Shown: positions 1 to 13,380 of the stretch, piece by piece | Numbering within the stretch: the first letter of the stretch is position 1 | How the letters are laid out: each line of letters begins with the position of its first letter | Assembly (NCBI RefSeq): GCF_009834535.1 | Contig: NC_045697.1 | Span: 24,802,001 to 24,866,000 of the forward strand | Reading direction: 5' to 3' | Source: Camelus ferus | Lineage: Eukaryota | Length of the DNA: 64,000 bases | The notes under the pieces: generated by a model | What the model saw: only the letters and a program-made list of their open reading frames with translations | The model's database searches: none | What the model was told of the DNA's origin: nothing | Program-made: the position numbers and the translations under genes

Positions 1-719
1 CATAAACTATAAGGTGAATTAATTAATTGGAAGTAGAACTGGAACACAGAAATTAAGCATTTTAGACTACTAAACTAGTAGTAATCCCAGATAAATTATC
101 TATTTATTAAAATATTTTTAATATTTTATTAAACAGTTTACATATATTTTGGGGTTTTAGGCAGATACCAATTGTTATGCACTTTAATAAGATGCTCAGA
201 AATAAGTTTGCTATTTTTCATCAGTAGTTTTAAATTAATATTTTACTTTCATTTTTATATGTAATGTAAGCAAGACTGTTTTACATGAGAATAATTAGCA
301 ATATGAGATACTTGGCTATCTTCAATAATTTCTATGAAAAATATCAAATTATTCACATTAATTTTTCCTTTCAGATTATACAATTTATTGTTTAATATTA
401 TTTATTTTAACATGAACATTAATATCTACTTTGTATTATTTGATATTGCTCATTGTTACTTAAATAATAAAAATATGCAAATAACCCATCTTAAGATCAA
501 AAGCTTTTCCTATAACAACTTAATATTTTCAGACAAAAACTGTGGGAAAATTTGTATTAAACAAATTTCTTTCTTACTCTAAAATAGATGATATTGAGCT
601 GTCATCTATTATCCATCTAACTTAAAAAATTATGGTTTTCATATAATTCAAAGTTTTTATAAATATGATTTTTCAAACTATTCTACTAAAGATAGCTATA
701 ATAATATTTTTCTTTCCAC

Positions 720-1157
720 ATGTTCTTTTGCAATAGGACCTTGCCACTCACCCAACAAGAGATAAATCTGAGCAGGTCCACTGACTGCTCTGACCAATAG
801 AATACAATGGAAATAGAACCATGTCAGTGCTAGGAATAGCCCTTCACTATTTCTGGAACCTCTGCTGCTAATCCTTCATGCCTGGAGCTGCCGTGTACAA
901 AGTCCAGGCTCTTCTAACCAAAGAAGCCATGGGAAGAGACCCTGAGGAACCACACCTGTTTATGAAGAAGTAATCTTGGATTATAGCCTCTGAATGACTC
1001 AATCCCAAGTTACTATGTAACTGTAGACGTCCTGGAGATCACAAATGAGAACCCAGGAGAGTCCAGAAAATACACAGAATCATGAGAGATAATAATACAT
1101 TATTTTTATAAGCTAATTTGAGGGGGGGATGATGGCATGCAATAGCAGTTAATGAAA
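720..1157 (+). mobile_element. ERVL-MaLR solo LTR (MLT1G/H/I-like), degraded
   Basis: Contains gactgctctgaccaatagaat and ends cacagaatcatgagagataata...gcaatag, typical of MLT1. Boundaries approximate. Confidence 0.6.
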
Positions 1158-1789
1158 ATGGTTCATTTTTGAAACATCTAAAATAATAATAATAATAAAA
1201 AATAATAGTACATTGCGTTTCCTAGAATCTTTTGATGTCTCATAGCATGTTTCTTCACAGTATTATTAGTTTTGTGTGTGTGTATATATATATACACCAC
1301 ATTTATATATATATAGCACATTTCTTTTGCTAACTCAGAATATTCAGAAATCTACTTTAGAGTAAGTGAGCTAAATTGATTTGCATGAAACCAAAGTCTT
1401 CTCACTTTCTGAAGATTAATCTGTTAAAATCCATAGCATTGTGAGAAACAAAAGTAAATATAAGACAAATTAAGCAACCTTCAGGTATGTTTTGTATGTA
1501 TTTTTTCTTAAGCAATATTGATTTGCTATTTTTTTAAGCCATATACTTTATGATGAGAAATGCATTCAAATAAAGCATAATATTACAGTATGAAAGTTAA
1601 CCCAAAACATATTTAGAATATGAGAATTATTAAACCTTATTTTCTAAATAGTTGCACAATGCACAATTATATGGTTAATAGTCCATAACTATTCAATAAT
1701 ATTTAAAATCAGTTGTCATAAAATAGCTAATTTTCTAAAATAGTATTTGTTAAGATACTTGGTGATAAATTCTAGAAAAATGCTGAAGT

Positions 1790-2323
1790 AGATGTTTATT
1801 AATTATCAGTAGCTACATTAAAATTCTGCTCCAAAACTTTGAGGTTTAAACCACAATAAGCATGTAGTGTCTCATAGTTCCTGTGGCTTAGGCATTCGGG
1901 AGCAGCTCATCTAGGAAGCTCTGCTCAGGGTCTCTTATAAAGTTGCACTTAAATGATCAGCAGGGATAACAAACAAAATGGCGGCTAGAGGATATGCTTC
2001 CAAGATGGCTCACTGATATGACTGGCAAGTTTGTGCTGGTAAGACCTTCAGTTTTTTCCTATGTGGGTCCCCTCATGGTTTTTTGAGTATCCTCACCACA
2101 GGGTGGTGGGGCTCCAGAGAGTAAACAACTAAGTATGAGAAAAAGGACAGCAGTAAGTCCTTGTATACCCTGGCCTTGAAAGCCACTCACTATCATTTCT
2201 GCCATCTTCTATTTACCTAGAGACACTGAGGCCAGCCCATGTTCAAGCTGAAGGAAACTTGTGTCCACATTTTAAATGGAGGAGTGTCAAAGAATTTCTG
2301 GACACACTTTAAAAACCACCACA
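1790..2323 (-). mobile_element. ERVL-MaLR solo LTR (MLT1F/G/H-like)
   Basis: Contains tctcatagttcctgtggc, cttccaagatggctcact and gtcaaagaatttctggacacactttaaaaaccaccaca, matching the reverse complement of an MLT1 LTR. Confidence 0.75.
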
Positions 2324-2769
2324 AGGGGTAACACAATTTAATGGCACTGTCACCTTCGAAGATTAATTGAAGCAAAATGCCTGACACATAATTGTGAATG
2401 AGAAACTGAAGAAGGAACACATTTAAAAGCAACTGTAGAATTTATGTGGATTTTTTGGCACTGTAGGGAGTTTTAATTAGAAGTAGTTCCAAAAGTCAAG
2501 TCATTTCCTATGTAATATTAATTTAGTAACCAAAATATAAGGATTTATTAAGAAAGCATACTGCATATTTTCTATATAAACAAGGACTTGGCAAACTGAT
2601 TGCCGAGTTTAACCAGTTGATTTCTCTATATTTTAACTAGATAGAGCTTATTATTATCTAGCTGGAAAGTAAATCATTTCTTAATTCAGCATTTATCTTA
2701 AAAACTTTTGACATATGTTATTCAACAAACTGGACTGAAGCATTAGTAGAGTAGAGAAGAAATCAAGTC

Positions 2770-3000
2770 TTTAAAGACCTAGACTTGGTGGTAAATTTCC
2801 TAGGGTTGAAATCCAGACTTTGTCATTTACAAAGCATTTGGTTTTGAGAGGTAGCTGAATTTCTCTGAATTCTAGTTTACTGAGCTGTATAATGGGATAA
2901 ACACAGAATTTACTCCATGGGGCTGTTGTGAGGCTTAACAGTCTAAGCAGAATGCAGATATGCAGCAAGTAATCAATAAATAAACGTAAGCTATTCTAAT
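2770..3000 (+). mobile_element. MIR SINE
   Basis: gggttgaaatccagactt...ctgtataatgggataa...gctgttgtgaggctta is the MIR core. Confidence 0.7.
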
Positions 3001-3025
3001 TATTAAGAAGAATGGGTGTACTTAC

Positions 3026-3069
3026 AGTAAGGCTACTTAATAATTTTGATTTTAAGTTAGTAAAATAAC
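3026..3069 (-). CDS. Putative micro-exon (44 nt, phase 1->0); (G)YFTNLKSKLLSSLT
   Basis: Minus strand reads gcctgcatttcag|GTTATT...CTTACT|gtaagt. The only open frame is the one the preceding exon requires. The polypyrimidine tract is short. Confidence 0.5.
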
Positions 3070-5329
3070 CTGAAATGCAGGCTTTTTTTTTTTAATGAAG
3101 CAAAGTATTCAGTTAAAGGAGAAAGACAAAAAAGGAGAAGAAAATCAAATTTCCTCTTCAATTTTCAAGGCCTGTACATTCAATTTTCCAGTGCTTTATC
3201 TGATCATCAGAAATCCACTTAACTGACCTACATTGCAGAGATGATTTTGTAATTATGAAGAAAATCACAGGTAATGGATTGGAAAACACACTTCTTATGA
3301 ATTCTTAGTGATTACCTTCACTGTTTTCTTAAATCCTAAGCAGATGAGCATCCCCATAAGACCTATTAGTAAGTACTCATTACACTTTATAAAGGTGCTC
3401 CCATGGTGAGCTCAAGATCAAGTAGCCTTAGATTCTCTGGTAAGAAAGAGGGGCCTCCGGAGGAAACTTATATTTCACATTTCTGAGCTGTGACTGTTTC
3501 CCACTTTATTTTATATCCACTGCTTTCCTCCCTCCTGAAGGAGAATTAAACAGCAGTTTTACTCAATGGAGCAATTAGCTCATCATTCACTTCATTATAA
3601 ATGAAATGCTGACATTAAACAGGACCCCTTAACCATTATAATGACCATAACTAGCTTCTATATTGTTCTTGAAAAAGGCTTCTTGTTCTCTTTAGAATCA
3701 TCATTATTACTCTTATCATTTTCTTTGGAGGAACCAGAATCAAGGTTTCCATTATAAATTCACTGAAAGTCCTGTTTTTATTATTCACTTTTTTCTTCAA
3801 TTCAGTTGCCTATAGATGGAACTCATACATAAGATTAACTCAAAATGGTAGCTTATTTTCAATACTGATACTTTTTGTTGATGCAGTTTATATCTATACT
3901 CCTTCCCTGCTCAAGTTATGTATTTACCTTGTATCCTAGTGATTTTCTTATTTCTATGCTGGAAGAATATACACAGGAAAAGAATATATATTTTTAGTGA
4001 GGAATGGTCATATTGCTGTACTGGAATATCCTAATTTCCTTGCTGGACTCTTTGTGAGCAAGCGATCTTTATATTTGTAGTGCTTTACTGAGTAGGTGAG
4101 GTGTTGAAGTGGTTGCGGAGAGCAAGGGAATTAACACCAACTGCCCATTCTTTCATTATTGGTTAGCACACATTCTATTTTATATCTTGCCCTAATTTTA
4201 TCACTCTCTATTTTCTTTATTACATTAAAATCTATGTACTAGAAAAATCAACTGAAGAATTTAAAATCCCTAAATTCAATGCCATTAATTCTAATAATTT
4301 TGGTAGAATTCTGATATTTTTGCATATTGTTTACTAATCAGATCATTGAAATGTTCTGTGGCAATGATGAAAAATGGAAAACCAGCCCTATTCTCTTATT
4401 CTTAGTCAATTTTTCTCACTTGTGTTTGAGCAGAATTTTATCTTAGCTTTTTCAAAATACTTTTAAATACTCAACAATGAAAATAGCCATTGTTCCATAT
4501 TTTTCAATATAAATAACTATAGCAAAATTTAAAGCACAGTCTTTCTACTCAGATGAATCAGTTTTGATTGCTTCTAATTAGATCATCTTTTTGAGACATT
4601 TCTTCAAAATAGCTTAGAAAGTAATTTTTACTGTTTTCCCCCCATAGCTAATGAAAGTTTAACCTGCCTATAATTACTTGCTGCATTAAATGTCCCACTT
4701 TCTGAAAATCATGTTATGTTTGCTTGAAATTATTCGCTAGAGTATTTCTAAAAATAACCAAAGAAAATGTTTTAATTTCCCTCTCATTTTTCAAAGCCTT
4801 AGGTCTCTGAGTTGCACATACAGTCATTAAATTTTAATAAATATAAACTTTTCTAACTTTGTATAGTTATCCCTCAAGTCATAAGTTCTCAAATAAAGAG
4901 CACATCCTTCACATAAACTAATCTTGATCAAGGTCATAAAGCTTGTTTGTCTTAAATTTCTAACAACAAAAATATTCTGAGTAACGGTCCAATTATTTAC
5001 CATGCTATATTTTCAGTTGCCCAACAAAACATAGACTTAAAATATTTGGTTACTCTATCTCCTCTAAATAATAAAAGCCACAGATTACTAAAAGTAGTAA
5101 TTAGTTCAGTTTCTCCTTCTTAAAGTTTTCACTGTAGCACGGTATGTTATAAAATCCTAGAATCTGGGTTCTAAAGTTAGGCTTTCATGGAATGAGACAA
5201 AAAATATTTATTGTAATAAAATGAGGGCTACACTGGCTGTTAATAGCTTGAAATTACTCTCTGTTGAGTGGAATTGCCCAATTTGTAGCAGAGATTATAA
5301 TGTAGTATAATTAAGAGTTTGTCTCCATT

Positions 5330-5692
5330 TGTACGTTTAACTGCTGACAGCTTTCAAGCCCCTATTCACTCTCTCCCCTTCTTGGCCCACATCTGGGAAA
5401 GGCAAAAAGATAGCCTGGATGCTTGTTCTGATTCTGGAAGGACATTCAAATCATGAATTACCTGTAACCCTCATCACAGACTCACTCACTAACCATTTGC
5501 CCCACCTTACTCTCCAAAGCCATTTTCAGACCAGTTTGGGTATCTGCCCAACTTTTTACAGAAAACTTCATGATATGAATAATAAATCTTTAAATGTTAT
5601 TCTCAGTGCATGTGTGGCATCATCATTCTTAATACCTAAATCAAATTTTAGGTTGAGTTTGGTTCTAATCTCTGTGGGACATGTAGCAAATA
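5330..5692 (+). mobile_element. ERVL solo LTR fragment (MER74-like)
   Basis: ctgctgacagctttcaagcc...cccacatctggg; aataaa followed by gtgtggcatcatca...caaattttagg. Subfamily assigned from recall. Confidence 0.55.
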
Positions 5693-5914
5693 AATTGGCT
5701 GATTTATCACATTTCTATATCTGTCCCAGAGCTAGAAAAAATAAGTAGACCCTCTCACAAGGATCACAAATTCAGATTTCTAAGGGACACTAGGTTTAGT
5801 AAAAATGTTAGGTAGATTAGAATAAATCTGGTCATCTGAGAAACAATATCTAAGCATTTCCACTGAATTGTCATCATTCATGTATGGAGTTTAATGTTAG
5901 ATTTTATAATTTTC

Positions 5915-8625
5915 TCTCTTTAATTGATAAAATAAGTTAACAGAAAATTAAGTAGAAAAATACAAGATGAACCACAGTATCTTTAACCGGACTTAATTGA
6001 CATTTATATGACACTTCATTAAACAATAACAGAATGCAGATTTAAGAATGTTCATGGAACTCTCAAAAAGATACATTATATACTAGACTACAAAAAAACT
6101 CTCAATATATTTTTTTAAATTGGCATCATACAGATTATGTTTTCTGACCACAGAAAGCTTAAATTGAAATCAATAACAAAAAGAAATCAGGGATATCTAC
6201 GAATATAGGAAATTATCAATGCACTTTGGGATCTCTCATGGGTCAAACAAGAAATCAAAAAGGAAACTAGAAATTAATATAACAAAATATATCAAAATGT
6301 ACATGAATTAGCTAAAGAAGAGGCCAAAGGGAATGTACAGATTTAAAGTTTCATGTTAGAAATGAAGAAAAGAATAAAATAAATGATGAATAAACAAATT
6401 TAATAAGCTAGAAAGCAAATGATGAACAAAACTAAAAATAAGTAGAAGGAAAGAAATAATAAAAATTAATAAAAGCTGAAAATTAATAGAAAAATATAGT
6501 GAAACCAGAATCTGTCTATTTGAGGTCAATGATTCAGATAGAATGAACAAATATCTTAAATAACTCAAATAATCAAAACTAACTGGGGCTATTCAGATAA
6601 CTTGAATAGCTCTATGTCCATTAAAAATACATACTTGAGTGAAACACCTTCTTATGAACAAAACTTCCCCAGATGAATTCCTCCAAACACTTAAGGAAGA
6701 GATAACACCAAAAATAAAAAACATCTTCATGAACATAGATCTAAAACTCCATACTTAACTGAATATAAATTCATCAAATCTGACATTATATACAACGTGT
6801 AACATATCTTGAATAAAAGATACTTAACAAGGGTTAACATTAAAAATACGAATCCATGTATCTTATATTAATAAACATAAAAACCATATCATCATCTCAG
6901 ATGCAGAAAAAGCATGTGACACAATTGAAAGTGCTTCCATGACTGAAAATTCTCAGGAAACAGGAAAGAAAAAATTGGGACCTCCCCAAACTGGTAAAGG
7001 GCATCTACTAAAAACCTACAGTTAAATTCCTACTTAGTTACAACACACTGAATGCTTTTCCTTGAATTAGTCAAGAATACCCAACCTCTCACTTCTTTTC
7101 AACATCGTACTTGAGGTATTGCCACTGCAGTAAGACAAGGGAAATAAATATCTTTTACACATATGGAAAAGGAAGTGGTAAAACTGAATTTATTATAAAT
7201 ATCATGGCTGTCTGTATACAAATTCCTAACGAATCTACAGATAAGCTCCTAGATATTGTAAGTTAGTTTAGTAAAGTCATAGGTTAGTATGCCAGTGTAC
7301 ATGTTGGAGAATTTATATGCCTAATTTTAAGAGTTAATATTTGACACTACATTAATCAATAGAGTGGATTAAATGCACGTGTGGGTGTGTGTGTATCAGT
7401 AAAACAGAATAAAAGATTCCAATAAGTAAACAAAAACATATGTGGCCTATTAAATTCTGACCAAAGTCACAAGGTAATTTAATGAGAAAACAATAGCCAT
7501 TTTAACAAGTGGTGCTGAAATACTGGGATATCCATGTGTAAAAAGCATGAATTTTAGGCTCTTACCTTAAGTGTGTATAAATTAACTTGCCATATATCAA
7601 CAAACTAAACATAAAAGATAAAGTATGGATTCTTAATGAAAACAAACTTGCATTAGTCAAAAATTTCTTAAAAAGGAAACAAATAGTACAAACTGTAAAA
7701 TAAAAATCAATGATTTTTTTTAAATTAAAAATTTCTTGGGGGAAGGGATAGCTCAAGTGGTAGAGCACATACTTAGCATGCACAAGGTCATAGGTTCAAC
7801 CCCAGTACCTCCTCTAAGAGTAAATCGAATTACCTTCCCCCCACAAAAAATAAAAATAAAAATATCTGTTCCTCAGAAGTTATTTTAAGAAAACAAAGGT
7901 GAACAGTAACCTTTTAGAAAATGTTTGCAAAGCATGTATCTGACAAATGACCTGTATCGACAATAAATGAAAACTATGTTTCAATACTAAGATTAAACAA
8001 TAAATGAATCTTTAAATATAAAGGAAAAAGCTTTTCACAAATACTTCAGAAGAAAAGATATATAAATGACTAATAAGATGGCTGCTTAAACATATTAGTC
8101 AATATTAATCAACTTCATTAAAACTATAATTGATATTACTAACTACCTAAGAGAATGGCTAAAATTTTTTAAAAAATGACAATAAAAAAAGTTAGTAATT
8201 TGTGGAGAGATAGAACTCTAAATCAGTCACTGCTGATGAGAATGTAAAGTAATACATTCACCTGCTTAGGAAGAGAGTTTTGCAGTTTAATATGAAGTTA
8301 AATCTGCAGGTACCATATCTACCTCACTCCTAGGTATTTAATCACGAGAAGTGAAAGCACATATCCACTTAAAACTTGTGTGTAAACATTCATAGTAGCT
8401 GTATTGTAATATCCTTAAACTGAAAACAACCCCAAAGTCCATCAACAAGTGAATGGACAAACACAATGTTGTATACACACATTTGTATGGATACACAAGT
8501 GGGATACCAGTCAGCAGTTAAAAGGAATGAACTTCTGATACCTGCAGCAATATCTATAGCTCTCAAAATAACTGTAAAGTGAATTGAAAGAAGTTTAAAA
8601 AAAAAAAAAAAAAGAGTACCTGCCA
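5915..8625 (+). mobile_element. Old L1 (L1M-type) ORF2 and 3' UTR, degenerate; split by a Vic-1 SINE
   Basis: Endonuclease-region tctgaccac, RT-region atcatctcagatgcagaaaaagcatgtgaca (SIDAEKAFD-like), and 3' cactcctaggtattta...caacccaaagtccatcaaca. Many stop codons. Confidence 0.85.
7738..7856 (+). mobile_element. Vic-1-type camelid tRNA-derived SINE
   Basis: gggggaagggatagctcaagtggtagagc...ggttcaacccc with A/B boxes and an A-rich tail. Target-site duplication (TSD) taaaaat(t/a)tct at 7726-7736 and 7857-7867. Confidence 0.9.
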
Positions 8626-10183
8626 TGGACATAAGCAGATGATGTAGGGGCTACAACAAGACATAGTTTGGAACATTGGCTCTCCAAAACTTTATCTATC
8701 ATCTATCGTGTTGTAGTCAGACAAAATATCATTTGAATTGACCAGCATGCAATGTTCTATTCAATTTTGATGTAATTACAGAATGACTTAAAAATTTTAA
8801 TCAATATTGGTAAATCCTAAAGTAGATGTATTATTCTATAAATGTATTAAAGAGAGTTTATTTCCACTGCCAAAGTACTGATCAAGTCAACATGAAAAAC
8901 TACAGCAATTTCTGTCTTTATTAAACCAGCTCTTTAATTCATCAACTATAAGCAACTAATAAAGTTAACCCATTTGCTTCTACCATACTTTGCCCAATGT
9001 TTTGGTAGCTTTGTGAATATAATTTATATTCTGAACATCAAGAAATGTATTGGTCATCCTATCATGTGACAGAACCATTCTTACCATCCCCTCATGCAGT
9101 GATACGCAGAGCTCCACTTGTGAGTTGTTTCTCCCCATTGCCATCATATGTTTCTATACTTCTTCAACTCTCCGATTTCAACACTTCTGAGAAGCCTTCC
9201 TTTCCTATTCATGACACCAGCATACTTCTATTTTAGTCTTTATTATATAAATCAAAATGATATTTCACTTTGGTATTATAATGTTGTTAATTGAGGAACT
9301 CTATTTCTCTAAGTGGTTAGATTGGGTTTTTAATTATTTATTGAGTGTATGTTGTCAACACACACACACACAAATATCAGTTGATCAGTTGAGATTAAGT
9401 GACTGGAATGTAAGGAATATTCAGTCTAAAAAGAATTTCTGTATAAATTTTGTTTATTGTTTTGAAAAACAGAAGGTTCAAATTAATTTAGCTCTAGGGA
9501 ACTAGAAAATTGTGAAAAATAGGGTTAAAGTGTTTAATACTAGAAAACATGGAGAGAGAAAATTCTCTGAATTTATTTCCTTATCTCTGATATCATCTGT
9601 AAACTCAGTGAATTAATATCCTACATAAGTTAATTCATATTTAATTATGGATACCATGTGGATATACTGTGCTAAGCTCTTTTATAGAATAAAATGGTGG
9701 TTTTATTATGTTTTAGGCCTATTTTAGATATATTTTCTTTATAGAGGAAGCAATTCAAGTTAAAAATTGTATCTTGTCATAAAAAGATACTGTTTTTCAA
9801 AAGTTGCTATAGTGCTTAATCAAATTTCATGTCATGATTAGAGAATTACAGAAAACAGCTTACATAATTGAAAATCAGAATGACAAACAGTTGCCAAAAA
9901 CAACTTTGGTGGTGTTACTGAGCAGATCTTCATGTGTTTCAATTTAAAAGAAAAGAATATATAATTAGTCATGAGAACAGGGCTTAGGGGATCTCTCTAT
10001 ATTGAGTAAATCCACACCTGCTACTCTAGAAAGAAACTTGACTGAGAAGGTTAGAGCCAACTAAGCACAGGTGGGCTCCTGTCTCTGAAAACTCCTTTTA
10101 GCTCAGTTCTACTGTCAGTGTCCATCATCAGCTGTTAATACAACAATCCCTTTTCATTTCCAACAAAACAAAACAAAAAATAC

Positions 10184-10211
10184 CTTTCCCCGGGGTTGCC
10201 TGTTGCACGCT
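10184..10211 (-). CDS. Putative micro-exon (28 nt, phase 0->1); SVQQATPGK
   Basis: Minus strand reads gcattcttcag|AGCGTGCAACAGGCAACCCCGGGGAAAG|gtattt. Contains CpGs; separated from the previous exon by a 116-nt intron. Confidence 0.5.
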
Positions 10212-10327
10212 CTGAAGAATGCATGGTGCTTATGTGACCAGGTGTGCACAACAGGAAGGAGTTAAGATGAAGCCGTCAGAATGATAACAATCATGCCTTG
10301 ATGAGTTCTTGTTATTTTAAGACGCAC

Positions 10328-10349
10328 CTGCTCCAAGTCAGCAGGATTT
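10328..10349 (-). CDS. Putative micro-exon (22 nt, phase 2->0); NPADLEQ
   Basis: Minus strand reads catttctgattttcctcag|AAATCCTGCTGACTTGGAGCAG|gtgcgt, with a good acceptor and donor. Confidence 0.5.
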
Positions 10350-11375
10350 CTGAGGAAAATCAGAAATGTGTTGGATGTATCCCAAGGCACATAAAAGACT
10401 GAATTCAATTCTGTCTAGCTGATGTTTAGAAATTTACAGCAGTGCTGACTGGGCTAAATGCCTTTCTTACAAAATTCCAGAAGACACAGTGTTGTATTTG
10501 TCAGAGAAAATTACATAGCAGATCGCTTGTTAAAAATGCATACCTTCCTCCCTGCCCTCACCCTTTCTTCCTCCTTCCTCAGTAGGTGTGCTGGTCTTGA
10601 CCAAGCTAGAAATGTGACAGAAAGACACACTATTATTTAAAAGGAAGGATTGGTGTCTCTTCACAATCTCAGGGTTAAATGATGATTCCTAAAGTGCCAG
10701 TATTTGTACTATAAATCACAGAAATTAAAAAAGACATCAGAGCAGATATAGTAGTGTATGTATATGTTTATGTATATACCTACACAAATATTTATATGCA
10801 TACACACAGAAAATCACTGGTGAGCAAGTTAAATACATATAAATTAAGTATACAATAATTATTGTCACATTGTTCTTTGTATTTTCCACTATTTACTTAA
10901 TTTTCTCCAAAGAAACTGCACTAGTTTTATAACTAGAAAAAAAAGGCAATTAAGGTTTATTTGTATTTGTTGGGGAAGTACAGCATAGAAAAATATAGAA
11001 ATTAAGAGACAGAGACCAACACTGACTTAGGAAATTTAAATAATATAATCCATTGCATATGTAATTTAGTAACAACAAAAAAGTTACATATGGGCTATCA
11101 TGCCCCATATTCTGCAATTACAATGTTCATGGGGGAAATACTGAAAATATAACAATCATATATCAGAGGCAACTATTTAATGGGGTTTTATCTAGTATCT
11201 TGACAGAAATATGTACGCTTATCATGGGTTATTCAAACAATGTTGTAATGCTATTTTAGAAAATATATTTAATTCAAGATGAACTAAGAAATTAAAAGAT
11301 GACATCAAATAGAACAAAGAGAAAAAGGAGATGAACCTCAAGAGAAAGGTTTGAACAATAAAGTGCATGTCTTAC

Positions 11376-11422
11376 TGCCTGTCTATTTTCTTGGTATGAG
11401 ATGAAAACTCACACTGACATTT
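11376..11422 (-). CDS. Putative micro-exon (47 nt, phase 0->2); KCQCEFSSHTKKIDR(Q)
   Basis: Minus strand reads ttctgtctctttgtgatgtttgctag|AAATGT...AGGCA|gtaaga. Open in the phase required by both neighbours. Confidence 0.5.
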
Positions 11423-11769
11423 CTAGCAAACATCACAAAGAGACAGAAATGGAATCAATTACATGCTATAAAACGGTGGTAAAATTAGAACAACAACTTA
11501 ACCAAGTTGGACTGTGGCCTAAGAGAAGCTCAGCTACTCTACTGCCAGGGCTTTCAGAACAGGCGTTTCCCTTTGCGCACACATCAGATATTCAGTGTGA
11601 TAAACATTATCTAAAAATATACTCACAGTAAATACAAAATGAAGTAACGTAGTTTTAAGGGAGAGAAAACTCAGCATGTACTTTCAGCAGATTCCTTGGC
11701 ACAAGGCAGGGAGTACAGGTTAGAAACCACTGGATTTTGGTGTTTTGCGGCTGTTGTTGCTTTTAGCTT

Positions 11770-11885
11770 TTAAAATAGGAATAACAGGATCTACTTATCA
11801 GGGGTGTTCTAGGAATTAAATGATATAATCAGCTCAGCTCAGAATCTGGCATACTACACAGTAAAAAATAATGGTCATTATTATA
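11770..11885 (+). mobile_element. MIR fragment
   Basis: taaaataggaataaca...ggaattaaatgatataat...tctggcata. Confidence 0.5.
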
Positions 11886-12052
11886 TAAGAAGTGATGAAT
11901 TGTGATTCCTTTAGAAAACCATCCAAAAATATCACTTCTTTCAAAAGTCTTCCCAGATGTCTTATCTGACACTGTGTTCACCGGAATACTCATGAACCAA
12001 GCAGATTAGGTGCACCAGTATCATATGCTAACTACATAGCCATAGGCTTTAC

Positions 12053-12146
12053 CAAGTGGGGAGCTACGTCGTAATCAGACTTAAATCCGTCTATGGGATT
12101 TGAGCAGCTCCCTAGCCCATGAGTGTGGCTAGAAACCATTTTTTGT
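12053..12146 (-). CDS. Putative coding exon (94 nt, phase 2->0); QKMVSSHTHGLGSCSNPIDGFKSDYDVAPHL
   Basis: Minus strand reads caacctgtag|ACAA...CACTTG|gtaaag. Single open frame. Three CpGs retained in an AT-rich background, with a T-rich tract upstream of the acceptor. Confidence 0.65.
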
Positions 12147-13261
12147 CTACAGGTTGATGGTGCATATAAAAGAATAACTAAAAAAAAAATAAATAAATAA
12201 AAAAATGTGTATACTGGTAGAAAGTAATAAAGACTAGGATGCAAAGTAGGGTCCTAATTGTACTCCAGGTACAAAAAACAATGTGTTGTGACAGAGAAAG
12301 TGTTGTGATATTTATGTATGTGTGTGTGTGTGTGTGTTTGCTAACAAGGAAATTAAGGTTTAATAATACTCAGAATTTTGTCAATAACATGAATTACCAG
12401 ATGTGAGTGAACCTAAGGGAAGAGTAGAGCATGTGTATCATGCTGTCACTTTTCCTTTTTCTTAGTATGTTGAGATGGCCATTGCCAAGTTAAGCTGAAA
12501 CAAAACAAACAAGCAAGCAAATAAAAACCACTTCTACTACGGACGAGAAACACAAAAAATAACCCAAAATTTTGAATCAAGGATACTTCTAGTTGTATAC
12601 AAACACATGAGTGAAAGAATAGAAAACAGCAAAGTTGATGCTTTTTATACATCTGATAAAAGCCTGCTATCCACCAAGTCACAAAGTAAATCTTAATCTA
12701 GTCAGATCTGATAGGAAATGGGCTACAATTTTCAAAATATTAAGAAATGTAATTTTTACGTTTCTATTGTAGCTAATACATAAGGTAGAAACAATTTTTA
12801 CACAAATAAATATACATCTGTTGGAGTGGAAATGACAATGTTACTGATTTGGATGTGTAATCACATAACTGTGAGAACACTGGTGTACATGCTAACATGG
12901 GTGATTAGCTCTGCACAGAGGCCTGTATCATAGAGCATGGTTTACAAACTGGGACCTGAAGAATGGGGACGGATGCACTGGTTCAAGGTGAGCTGTCTGA
13001 CTGAGGACATGATGCGCAGAGGCAGAAACTGAATTGTGTGGAGAGGGGTATGAGGTGCTTAGGCAGGCACGGCAGAACAGATTGCATGAATATTTATTCT
13101 TTGATCCAAAGATCATATATCTTCCTGTTGTAATCATGAGTTCATTTGTCATCCTCTCCTCAAAAGCTGCTAGAACAGAATGATTGAGATGGAATCAAAA
13201 ACTTTAGAGGTAGAAGAGTTCAAAATGTTCATTGAAGAGAATGGTTTTCAAACAATTTTCT

Positions 13262-13380
13262 TGTTTTTAAGGGCTTTATTGAGATATAATTCACATACGT
13301 GAAGTGTACAATTTAATTTTTTTGGTATTCTCCCAGTCATGTGCAACCATCATTACAATTTTAGAACACTTTCATCACTG
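13262..13380 (-). mobile_element. L1M 3'-end fragment
   Basis: gctttattgagatataattcacatac...gtgcaaccatca...ttttagaacactttcatcac. Confidence 0.75.

Noticed and set aside
7738..7812. tRNA-like heads (also at 22017, 57630 and 58429)
   Set aside because: They are SINEs with A-rich tails, TSDs and broken stems, not tRNA genes.
10184..10211. Collagen-like reading RATGNPGER in another frame
   Set aside because: Too short, no other Gly-X-Y exons in the window, and incompatible with the neighbouring phases.
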